Below are positions 28,870 to 37,042 of a stretch of DNA of 64,000 nt, piece by piece; position 1 is the stretch's first letter; each line of letters opens with the position of its first letter. Under the pieces are notes generated by a model. It worked only from the letters and a program-made list of their open reading frames with translations. It was not told where the DNA came from and did not search any database. The stretch covers positions 11,238 through 75,237 of the forward strand of contig WGLN01000012.1 in assembly GCA_016125555.1 (NCBI GenBank), written 5' to 3'. The position numbers and the translations under genes were made by a program. The stretch is from Porphyrobacter sp. Its GTDB lineage: Bacteria > Pseudomonadota > Alphaproteobacteria > Sphingomonadales > Sphingomonadaceae.

Positions 28870-29742
28870 TCAGTCCTTGGGCTGGTAGGTCTGCTCGTCG
28901 CCCGGGAAGGTGCGGGCGCGCACCTCCTCGGCATAGCGCGCGACGGTCCGGTCGATCACCCCGGCGATGTCCTCGTAGCGCTTGACGAAGCGCGGCACGC
29001 GCTCGAACATCCCGAGCATGTCCTCGGTGACGAGCACCTGCCCGTCGCAGCGGGCCGAGGCGCCGATGCCGATGGTGGGGCAGGACACCGCCTGTGTGGC
29101 GGCGATGGCGATGGGTTCGACCACGCCCTCGATGACGATCGCGAAGGCGCCGGCTTCGTCCAGTGCCTTGGCGTCGGCGACGATCTTGTCGGCCTCGGCG
29201 TCGGAGCGTCCGCGCGCGGCATAGCCGCCGAGCACATTGACCGCCTGCGGGGTCAGCCCGACATGGCCCATCACCGGGATGCCGCGGCTGTTGAGAAAAT
29301 CGACCGTCGGCGCCATCGCCGCCCCGCCTTCGAGCTTCACCGCCGCAGCGCCGGTCTGCTTCAAGAGGAAGGCCGCGCTCTCGAAGGCCTGCTGCGGCGA
29401 GGCCTCGTAGGAGCCGAAAGGCATGTCGACCACCACGACCGAATGATAGGACCCGCGCACCACCGCCGCACCGTGGTTCGCCATCATCTCCAGCGTCACC
29501 GGGATGGTCGAGGGCAGGCCGTAGATCACCTGGCCGAGCGAATCCCCGACCAGCAGCAGGTCGCAATGCGCATCGAGCAGTTGCGCCTGGCGGGCGGTAT
29601 AGGCGGTGAGCATCACCAGCGGCTCTGCGGTGACGCCGTCCTTCTTGCGCGCGCGGATGCGCGGCACGGTCAGCCGGCGCATCGGCTGGGGGGTGGGATT
29701 TGCGCGGCTGGTGCTGGTGTCGAGCTGGAAGGTCGTGGACAT
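28870..29742 (-). CDS. panB: 3-methyl-2-oxobutanoate hydroxymethyltransferase
   Basis: 290 aa. The pattern LTAYTA...LLVGDSLG is characteristic of PanB. Confidence 0.92.
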   Translation of the reverse strand: MSTTFQLDTSTSRANPTPQPMRRLTVPRIRARKKDGVTAEPLVMLTAYTARQAQLLDAHCDLLLVGDSLGQVIYGLPSTIPVTLEMMANHGAAVVRGSYHSVVVVDMPFGSYEASPQQAFESAAFLLKQTGAAAVKLEGGAAMAPTVDFLNSRGIPVMGHVGLTPQAVNVLGGYAARGRSDAEADKIVADAKALDEAGAFAIVIEGVVEPIAIAATQAVSCPTIGIGASARCDGQVLVTEDMLGMFERVPRFVKRYEDIAGVIDRTVARYAEEVRARTFPGDEQTYQPKD

Positions 29743-29880
29743 GAAAGCCGCACTAGCCTTTCGGCTCGATGGGGGAAAGAGTGCGCTTTACCGCTTGTGT
29801 TGCGCTTTCGTTTCGCTAGCGTCCCCCTCCAGCAACGCCGCCGCCGAGGCTGCGCGCGGCCAGTGGGAGAAATTTTTCGC

Positions 29881-31455
29881 ATGTTCCTCGACAGGATTAA
29901 GCCGCTCGACGCGATCCTCGCGACGGCGCAGAAGAAATCGCTGCAACGCTCGCTGGGATGGCTGCAACTGACGCTGCTGGGGATCGGCTGCGTGATCGGC
30001 ACGGGCATCTTTGTGCTGACCGCGGTCGGCGCGCAGAAGGCCGGGCCCGGGCTGATGGTCGCCTTCGCGATCGCCGGCCTCGTCTGCATCGTCGCCGCGC
30101 TGTGCTATGCCGAAATCGCCGCGATGATCCCGGTCGCGGGCAGCGCCTACACCTACAGCTATGCGACGATGGGCGAGTTCTTCGCCTGGACGGTCGGCTG
30201 GGCGCTGATCATGGAATACGCGATTGCCGCCTCTGCCGTGTCGGTCGGCTGGTCGGGGTATTTCAACGGCACCGTGCTGGGAGGGATGGGTATTGAACTG
30301 CCCGTCTGGCTCAGTGCCGGGCCGCTCGCTTTCGGCGGCGCCGAAGGCGGTTTCATCAACCTGCCCGCGCTGATCATCGCCCTGGTCGTGACCGCACTGC
30401 TGGTGGTCGGGACGAGCGAGAGCGCCAAGGTCAACGCGGTGCTGGTCGCCATCAAGGTGACCGCGCTGACCGCCTTCGTGGCGCTGACCCTGACCAGTTC
30501 GGATTTCGATACCAGCCACTTCAACCCCTTCCTGCCCGCCGGCGTGTTCGGCGGCTGGGGCACGGGCGTCGGTGCGGTCGGCGCGGCGGCGACGATGTTC
30601 TTCGCCTATGTCGGCTTCGACGCGGTTTCGACCGCGGCCGAGGAAACCAAGGACCCGCAGAAGAACGTGCCGATCGGTCTCGTCGGTTCGCTGCTGTTCT
30701 GCACGGTGTTCTACATCCTCGTCGCCGCCGGGGCGATCGGGACGATCGGCGGGCAGCCGATCATGGACGCGATGAACCTGCCGCTCGAAGCCGGTTCGCC
30801 CGAACTCGCGCGGCAGTGCGCGATGCCGCAATATGCCGATGCGCTGGTCTGCTCGAAGGAGCCGCTGGCGCATGTGCTCAAGATGCTGGGCTTTTCGACC
30901 ATCGGCAATCTCATCGGTCTGGCGGCGTTCATTGCGCTGCCTTCGGTGATCCTCGTGCTGATCTTCGGTCAGACCCGCATCTTCTTCGTGATGAGCCGCG
31001 ACGGGCTGCTGCCCGAGGCGCTCAGCCGGGTGCACCCGCGCTTCAAGACCCCGCACATCGTGACGCTGATCACCGGCCTCGCGGTGGCGATCGGCGCGGC
31101 GTTCTTCCCGGTCGGGCAGCTTGCCGACATCTCCAACGCGGGAACGCTCTACGCCTTCCTGATGGTGGCGATCGCGGTGCTGCTGCTCAGGGTCAAGGAT
31201 CCCGAGCGCAAGCGGCACTTCAAGGTGCCCTTCGTGTGGGTGATCGCCCCGCTGACGATCATCGGCTGCGTGCTGCTGTTCTTCAACCTGCCGATTGCCG
31301 CGATGCTGTTCCTGCCCGGCTGGGGCGCGATCGGGGTGGTGATCTACATGCTCTACAGCCGCAGCCATAGCCATCTGGGCCGCGGGATCGTCGAGGTGGT
31401 CGACGATGTCGAGGGCGAGGAAACGATGGTGCCGATCCATCCGGACCACAACTGA
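29881..31455 (+). CDS. APC-superfamily amino acid permease (cationic amino acid transporter-like)
   Basis: ATG at 29881 after GGGAGA. GIGCVIGTGIFVLTA signature. 524 aa, about 12-14 TM helices. Confidence 0.9.
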   Translation: MFLDRIKPLDAILATAQKKSLQRSLGWLQLTLLGIGCVIGTGIFVLTAVGAQKAGPGLMVAFAIAGLVCIVAALCYAEIAAMIPVAGSAYTYSYATMGEFFAWTVGWALIMEYAIAASAVSVGWSGYFNGTVLGGMGIELPVWLSAGPLAFGGAEGGFINLPALIIALVVTALLVVGTSESAKVNAVLVAIKVTALTAFVALTLTSSDFDTSHFNPFLPAGVFGGWGTGVGAVGAAATMFFAYVGFDAVSTAAEETKDPQKNVPIGLVGSLLFCTVFYILVAAGAIGTIGGQPIMDAMNLPLEAGSPELARQCAMPQYADALVCSKEPLAHVLKMLGFSTIGNLIGLAAFIALPSVILVLIFGQTRIFFVMSRDGLLPEALSRVHPRFKTPHIVTLITGLAVAIGAAFFPVGQLADISNAGTLYAFLMVAIAVLLLRVKDPERKRHFKVPFVWVIAPLTIIGCVLLFFNLPIAAMLFLPGWGAIGVVIYMLYSRSHSHLGRGIVEVVDDVEGEETMVPIHPDHN

Positions 31456-31480
31456 TCGCCGGCGCCCTGCCGGGACAACC

Positions 31481-31513
31481 AAGGGCCGCCCTCCAGGGCG
31501 GCCCTTTTGCTTT
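31481..31513 (+). terminator. Rho-independent terminator of the permease gene
   Basis: AAGGGCCGCCC TCCA GGGCGGCCCTT followed by TTGCTTTG. Confidence 0.75.
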
Positions 31514-31548
31514 GGGAGCGAAGAGCGATTGCCAAGCCCTGCGTGTTG

Positions 31549-31563
31549 GAACATAATAGGAAC
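31549..31563 (+). promoter_or_regulatory. Alphaproteobacterial LexA (SOS) box GAAC-N7-GAAC
   Basis: GAACATAATAGGAAC ends 2 nt before the imuA ATG. It is the complement of the GTTC-N7-GTTC operator. Confidence 0.75.
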
Positions 31564-31565
31564 AT

Positions 31566-32339
31566 ATGAGTCGTTCCCCCATGCCTTCACGTTTTTCCGG
31601 CACCTCTCCTGCCCGTCTCCTGTCGCGCCCGCGCGCACCCACCCGGTGGCGACCGGGCCTTTCTGCACAGCCGCTCCATTCCGAGATCTTCGCCTCCGCC
31701 GCCGAGGCGAGCGGGGCGGGGCTGGCGCTTGCGCTGGCGCGTGACGCCCTGAAGTCAACCGCCGGGCACGAAGGTGAGGACACGCGCCAGGTGCTGTGGG
31801 TGCAGGACCGCGCGGCAATCCGGCTCGGTGGGCGGCCCTGCGTCGCGGGCCTGCCGTCCGAACTTGCCCACCGCCTGATCCATGTCGCGGCGAAGAGCCC
31901 CGAGGATGCGCTGTTCGCGATGGAGGAGGGGCTGAGATGCCGCGACCTCGCCTGCGTGATCGGCGAGATCGCGGGCAACCCGAAGGCGCTCTCCTTCACC
32001 GCCTCGCGCCGCCTCAGCCTTGCCGCCGAGCGTCACGGCATCGCGCTGTGGCTGGTGCGGCTCGATGCCGTCCCTGAGCTTTCCTCGGCGCGGATGCGCT
32101 GGCGGGTGCGCGCCGCACCCTCTCCCCCGCCGCGCTGGAACGCCGATGCCCCCGGCACCGCCACCTGGCATGCCGAACTGTTCCGCGCCCGGGCCCATGC
32201 GCCCGGCGAATGGATGCTGAGCGATGACAACGGAACCTTGCGCCCCGCGCCTGCCGCCATCACCGCCGCCGCGCCGGATCCTGTCCGTCTGGCTCGCCCG
32301 ACTGTCGGTCGATCGCTGGCGGCTCGCGCACGCGCCTGA
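31566..32339 (+). CDS. imuA: ImuA (RecA/SulA-like component of the mutagenesis cassette); start uncertain
   Basis: 257 aa. The SOS box is immediately upstream. Sequence LHSEIFASAAEASGAGLALALA and a position upstream of imuB. Confidence 0.7.
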   Translation: MSRSPMPSRFSGTSPARLLSRPRAPTRWRPGLSAQPLHSEIFASAAEASGAGLALALARDALKSTAGHEGEDTRQVLWVQDRAAIRLGGRPCVAGLPSELAHRLIHVAAKSPEDALFAMEEGLRCRDLACVIGEIAGNPKALSFTASRRLSLAAERHGIALWLVRLDAVPELSSARMRWRVRAAPSPPPRWNADAPGTATWHAELFRARAHAPGEWMLSDDNGTLRPAPAAITAAAPDPVRLARPTVGRSLAARARA

Positions 32340-33852
32340 AGACCGCGCCGCCGCCGACGCCGCGCCGACTGCGCTGATCACCGAGACCGCGCACGGCCCG
32401 CGCATCGCCGCGGCCAATGATGCCGGGCTTCTCGCCGGCGCGCGCGCGGGCATGCTGCTGGCCGATGCGCGTGCGCTATGCCCCGAGCTTGCCGCGGTTG
32501 CCGCCGATCCCGCAGGCGATCTCGCCACCCTCGAAAAGCTCGCCCTGTGGGCGCAGCGCTGGGGGCCGTGGAGCGCAATGGATCCGCCCGACGGCGTGCT
32601 GGTCGACGTGACCGGCGCGGCGCACCTCTTCGGCGGCGAGGAGCGGCTGCTCGGCGATGTCGCGCGCGGCTTCGCGGCGCGCGGCCTGACGGTGCGCGCC
32701 GCGCTGGCGCCGACCGCGGGGGCGGCCTGGGCGCTCGCCCACTTCGCCGCGCCGGGCACGATCCTCGCGCCCGGTGACGATCCGCTGCGCCTGCTCGGCG
32801 ACCTGCCGGTCGCGGCGCTGAGGCTCGACGATGACGTGCTCACCGTGCTGCGCCGCCTCGGGATCAAGCGCCTCGGCGAACTCGCAGGGGTCAGCGGCGC
32901 GGGCGAGGACCCTGCGCGCGAGGCTGCCGCGCGCGATGCGCTGCACCGCCGTTTCCGCAACCGCCGCTCGCCTGCCGCCAACCCGCTGCTGCGTCTCGAC
33001 CAGCTGCTGGGCAAGGTGCCCGAGCCGCTGTTGCCGGTGCTCGCCCGGCCGCAGCCGATGGTCCAGCGCCGGCTGATGGAGCCGCTGCGCCACCGCAGCC
33101 TGCTCGACCGGGTGGTGGAAGACCTCGCCGAAGACATGGTGCGCACGCTCGAGGCGCGGGGGGAGGGGGCGCGGCGGCTCGAACTGGCGCTGTGGCGGGT
33201 CGATGGCGAGGTGCTGGTGCGCCGCATCGAACTCGCCGCCGCCACCCGCGAGGCCGGGCACATGCTCCGCCTGTTCGCCGCGCGGCTCGAGGATGTCGAG
33301 GCCGGGTTCGGGATCGAGACCGTGCAGCTGCGCGCCAGCTGGAGCGAACCGCTGAGCCTGTCGCAGTCCGATCTCGACGCCGCCGCCGAACAGCACGGCA
33401 CCGCGCTCGCCGCCTGCATCGACCGGCTGAGCGTGCGACTGGGCTCTGCGGCCGTCACCCGACCCGTCGCCCGCGCCAGTCACCTGCCCGAACGCGCGCA
33501 GGGCTGGCAGGCGCCGCTCGATCCCGTGCCCCCGGCGCAAGGGCGTCTCGCCTTCCACGCGCGCCCGCTCAAGCTGCTCGAGCGGCCCGAGCCGATCGCG
33601 GTGCTCTATGCCTCGCCCGACGGCTATCCCCAGCGGTTCCGGTGGCGCGGCTGCGTGCGCGAGGTGGTGCGGGTGGAGGGGCCGGAGCGGATCGCGCCCG
33701 AATGGTGGCGCGAACGCTCGACCGTGCGGCTGCGCGACTACTACCGCATCGAGGACGAGGCCGGGCGACGCTACTGGATCTACCGGTCGGGGCTGGCGGG
33801 GGATGGTCGCGGGGGCGTTCCGGAATGGTTCCTGCAAGGCCTGTTCGCTTGA
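32224..33852 (+). CDS. imuB: ImuB (Y-family polymerase-like, non-catalytic)
   Basis: 542 aa. N-terminus RILSVWLARLSVDRW is typical of ImuB. The only in-frame ATG gives a 116-nt overlap with imuA. Confidence 0.8.
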   Translation: MTTEPCAPRLPPSPPPRRILSVWLARLSVDRWRLAHAPEDRAAADAAPTALITETAHGPRIAAANDAGLLAGARAGMLLADARALCPELAAVAADPAGDLATLEKLALWAQRWGPWSAMDPPDGVLVDVTGAAHLFGGEERLLGDVARGFAARGLTVRAALAPTAGAAWALAHFAAPGTILAPGDDPLRLLGDLPVAALRLDDDVLTVLRRLGIKRLGELAGVSGAGEDPAREAAARDALHRRFRNRRSPAANPLLRLDQLLGKVPEPLLPVLARPQPMVQRRLMEPLRHRSLLDRVVEDLAEDMVRTLEARGEGARRLELALWRVDGEVLVRRIELAAATREAGHMLRLFAARLEDVEAGFGIETVQLRASWSEPLSLSQSDLDAAAEQHGTALAACIDRLSVRLGSAAVTRPVARASHLPERAQGWQAPLDPVPPAQGRLAFHARPLKLLERPEPIAVLYASPDGYPQRFRWRGCVREVVRVEGPERIAPEWWRERSTVRLRDYYRIEDEAGRRYWIYRSGLAGDGRGGVPEWFLQGLFA

Positions 33853-33907
33853 GGATGCCGATCCGCGCGCTCAGACTTCCTTTACCCGATTGTGCTAGGG
33901 AAGAGGC

Positions 33908-34246
33908 ATGAATCTGCACACGATCCCCCGCGCCTCGGAGCGCCGACCGCTCAGCCTGATGGTGAAGAGCCGGGTGCGCGCGCGCGCGGTGTTCGTGGAT
34001 CTCGTCGACATCTCGGAAGGCGGTTGCAAGATTCGCGGCAAGCCGGGATTCGCCGCGGTCGGCGACCGGGTGACCATGAAGGTCGGGGGCGTCAATGCGC
34101 CGCTGGGCATGGTGGCCTGGATCGACGGACCGCTTGCCGGAGTGGCCTTCGAGGGCGCGATGCACCCTGCGGTGCTCGATCACCTGACGGCGCAATTGAA
34201 CCCCAAGGGCAAGCGCAACCCGTCAAAGCCCGCGCAGTCGGCCTGA
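33908..34246 (+). CDS. PilZ-domain (c-di-GMP-binding) protein
   Basis: 112 aa. RxxxR (R8-R12, RASER) and DxSxxG (D34-G39, DISEGG) at canonical spacing. RBS GGGAAGAGG. Confidence 0.7.
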   Translation: MNLHTIPRASERRPLSLMVKSRVRARAVFVDLVDISEGGCKIRGKPGFAAVGDRVTMKVGGVNAPLGMVAWIDGPLAGVAFEGAMHPAVLDHLTAQLNPKGKRNPSKPAQSA

Positions 34247-34295
34247 CCGCCGCACAGGTCGCTTGCACGCTTTGCATTTGGCACCGGGAGCGTAG

Positions 34296-34310
34296 GAACA
34301 TATAAGGAAC
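34296..34310 (+). promoter_or_regulatory. Alphaproteobacterial LexA (SOS) box GAAC-N7-GAAC
   Basis: GAACATATAAGGAAC, 26 nt upstream of the radical-SAM ATG. Near-identical to the box at 31549. Confidence 0.75.
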
Positions 34311-34336
34311 GAAACAGCCGTTCCCCAAGGTTCCCA

Positions 34337-35593
34337 ATGGTTCATTACGCGCCTTCCAAACCCACCTTGCGCCAGAAGCTCGAGATTCTCGCCGATGCGG
34401 CGAAATACGATGCCTCCTGCGCGTCCTCGGGCACGGCGAAAAAGAACTCCTTGGGCGGGAAAGGCATCGGCTCGACCGAAGGAATGGGCATCTGCCACGC
34501 CTATGCGCCCGACGGGCGGTGCATCTCGCTGCTGAAGATCCTGCTGACGAATCACTGCATCTTCGATTGCCACTACTGCATCAACCGCAAGAGCTCGAAC
34601 GTGGCGCGCGCGCGCTTCACCCCGCAGGAGGTGGTCGACCTCACGCTCAATTTTTACCGCCGCAACTATATCGAGGGGCTGTTCCTGTCCTCCGGGATCG
34701 TGAAAAGCGCCAACCACACGATGGAGCAGCTGGTCGAGGTCGCGCGGATTTTGCGCGAGGAGCATGATTTTCGCGGCTACATTCACCTCAAGACCATTCC
34801 CGAGGCCGATGCGGAGATCATCCACCAGGCAGGCCTTTATGCGGACCGGGTCTCGATCAATGTCGAACTGCCGACCGACACCGGCTTGACCCGGCTCGCG
34901 CCTGACAAGAACGCCCGCCAGATCGAGGGGGCACTTGCGCGCACCAAGGATCGCATCCTCACCGCCAAGGATGAGCGCAAGCGTTTCCGCCATGCGCCGC
35001 GTTTCGCGCCTGCGGGGCAATCGACCCAGATGATCGTCGGTGCGGACGATGCCAACGACGCGGCGATCATCGGCAAGGCGAGCACGCTCTACTCGGCCTT
35101 CGGGCTCAGGCGCGTCTATTACAGCGCCTTCTCGCCGATCCCCGATGCGAGCGCCGTGCTGCCGCTGAAGCGCCCGCCCTTGCTGCGCGAGCACCGGCTC
35201 TACCAGTCGGACTGGCTGATGCGCTTCTACGGCTTCGCCCCGCAGGAGGTCGCAGACGCGGCCGAGGCCGATGGCAACCTGCCGCTCGATATCGACCCGA
35301 AACTGGCGTGGGCGCTGAAATTCCGCGCAAGCTTTCCCGTCGACGTCAACCGCGCACCTCGGGAGCTGCTGCTGCGCGTGCCGGGGCTCGGCACCAGGGC
35401 GGTGGCGCGCATCCTCGCCGTGCGGCGCCACCGGCGGCTGCGGCTCGACGATGTGGCGCGGCTGACGGCGTCGGTCGCCAAGGTGCGGCCCTTCATCTGC
35501 ACCATCGACTGGCGGCCGACGCTGCTGACCGACCGCGCCGACCTGCGCGGCCTTGTCGCACCGAAGCGGGAACAGCAACTGGAGCTGTTCTGA
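34337..35593 (+). CDS. Putative DNA modification/repair radical-SAM protein with a C-terminal helix-hairpin-helix
   Basis: 418 aa. CIFDCHYC (CxxxCxxC). N-terminus LADAAKYDASCASSG. HhH LLLRVPGLGTRAVARIL. Confidence 0.85.
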   Translation: MVHYAPSKPTLRQKLEILADAAKYDASCASSGTAKKNSLGGKGIGSTEGMGICHAYAPDGRCISLLKILLTNHCIFDCHYCINRKSSNVARARFTPQEVVDLTLNFYRRNYIEGLFLSSGIVKSANHTMEQLVEVARILREEHDFRGYIHLKTIPEADAEIIHQAGLYADRVSINVELPTDTGLTRLAPDKNARQIEGALARTKDRILTAKDERKRFRHAPRFAPAGQSTQMIVGADDANDAAIIGKASTLYSAFGLRRVYYSAFSPIPDASAVLPLKRPPLLREHRLYQSDWLMRFYGFAPQEVADAAEADGNLPLDIDPKLAWALKFRASFPVDVNRAPRELLLRVPGLGTRAVARILAVRRHRRLRLDDVARLTASVAKVRPFICTIDWRPTLLTDRADLRGLVAPKREQQLELF

Positions 35594-37041
35594 TGACCGC
35601 GATGCAGAATGTCTCCATTGGTTCGCACTACGCCGTCCACCTCCCCGCGCCGGACGATTTTGCCGTCTGGCGCGAGCGGGCGCGGGGGCTGGTGCAGTGC
35701 GACGTGCCGCCCGACCGGGTCAGCTGGATCGAACCGGGCGGGACGGGCGATCTGTTCGCCAGCGAAGGCCCCGCGCGCGGCGAAAAGCGCCTGCCCGTGC
35801 CGCCGGTTGACGCTCCGCCGGTGCGCGCCAGCAAACGGTTCCTCGAGCTTGCGCGCCATGCCGCGCTGCATTCGGACCCGGCCCGCTTCGGCCTGCTCTA
35901 CCGGGTGCTGTGGCGGCTCCAGCGCCATCCCCGGCTGATGGAGGACAAGGCCGACCCGGAGGTCCGCCGCATCGAGGAGCTCGCCAAGGCGGTGCGGCGC
36001 GATGCCCACAAGATGCACGCCTTCGTCCGCTTCCGCGAGGTCGAGGAGGAGGGCGGCACCCCCCACTTCGTCGCCTGGTTCGAACCCGATCACCACGTCG
36101 TGCGCAGCGAGGCGGGGTTCTTCATGCGCCGCTTCGCCAACATGCGCTGGTCGATCCTCACGCCGCGCGGGAGCATCCACTGGGACGGCGAGGTGATGCG
36201 CGAAGGCCCGCCCGCCCGGCGCTCCGACGCGCCGGGGGGTGACCCGGTCGAAGACCTGTGGCGCTCCTACTATGCCGCGATATTCAATCCCGCGCGGCTC
36301 AAGGTCGGCGCGATGCTGTCGGAGATGCCGAAGAAATACTGGAAGAACCTGCCCGAGGCCGAGCTCATCCCGCAGCTCATCGCCGGGGCACAGGCAAGGG
36401 AGGCGCGGATGGTTTCGTCGGGCAGCCTCGAACGCGGCGAGAAGCCGGAAACCCTGAAAGGCGTCGGCAAGGCGATCCACGCCTGCCGGATGTGCCCGAT
36501 CGGCGAACTCGACAACCACGCGGTGATGGGCGAGGGGCCGCGCGATGCCCCGCTGATGATCGTCGGCGAACAGCCCGGCGATCAGGAGGACCAGGCCGGA
36601 CGGCCCTTCGTCGGCCCGGCGGGTCAGCTGCTCGGCGAATACCTGACCCGCGCCGGGATCGACCGCGATGCGGCCTATGTCACCAACGCGGTCAAGCACT
36701 TCAAGTTCGTGTGGAAGGGCAAGCGCCGCCTCCACCAGTCGCCGGGCGCCAAGGAGATCGACACCTGCCGCTGGTGGCTCGAAGCCGAGCGCGACCTCGT
36801 GCGCCCGCGTATCGTGCTGGCGCTGGGAGCGAGCGCGGCGCGGGGGCTTTTGGGAAAGACCGTCAGCATCTCCAAGGTGCGCGGGGAGCCGATGATGCTC
36901 GAGGACGGCACCGAGCTGTGGGTCACGGCGCATCCCTCCTACCTGCTGCGCCTCGACGGCGCGGCGCGCGAGACGCAGGCGGCGCTGTTCGCGGCCGACC
37001 TCGCGGCGGTCAGGGAGCGGCTCGAAGACCTGGCGGGCTGA
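35593..37041 (+). CDS. DUF4130-like N-domain fused to a UdgX-type family-4 uracil-DNA glycosylase domain
   Basis: ATG overlaps the upstream stop (TGATG). 482 aa. CRMC (298-301), GEQPG (325-329), KRRLH (377-381, nt 36721-36735), HPSYLLR (447-453). Confidence 0.8.
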   Translation: MTAMQNVSIGSHYAVHLPAPDDFAVWRERARGLVQCDVPPDRVSWIEPGGTGDLFASEGPARGEKRLPVPPVDAPPVRASKRFLELARHAALHSDPARFGLLYRVLWRLQRHPRLMEDKADPEVRRIEELAKAVRRDAHKMHAFVRFREVEEEGGTPHFVAWFEPDHHVVRSEAGFFMRRFANMRWSILTPRGSIHWDGEVMREGPPARRSDAPGGDPVEDLWRSYYAAIFNPARLKVGAMLSEMPKKYWKNLPEAELIPQLIAGAQAREARMVSSGSLERGEKPETLKGVGKAIHACRMCPIGELDNHAVMGEGPRDAPLMIVGEQPGDQEDQAGRPFVGPAGQLLGEYLTRAGIDRDAAYVTNAVKHFKFVWKGKRRLHQSPGAKEIDTCRWWLEAERDLVRPRIVLALGASAARGLLGKTVSISKVRGEPMMLEDGTELWVTAHPSYLLRLDGAARETQAALFAADLAAVRERLEDLAG

Positions 37042-37042
37042 G

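Noticed and set aside
27737-29566. 609-aa minus-strand ORF extending the DUF475 membrane protein over panB
   Set aside because: The N-terminal ~250 aa overlap panB in another frame and are low-complexity. A clean start (MQTVLRYY) exists at 28804.
34279-34293. TGGCAC-containing sequence upstream of the radical-SAM gene, considered as a sigma-54 promoter (a PrsR target?)
   Set aside because: The downstream GC dinucleotide is 2 nt out of register with TGGCAC-N5-TTGC. A similar site at about 27744-27758 (TGGCACGggatTAGC) has no downstream plus-strand gene. Other TGGCAC hits lie inside coding regions.
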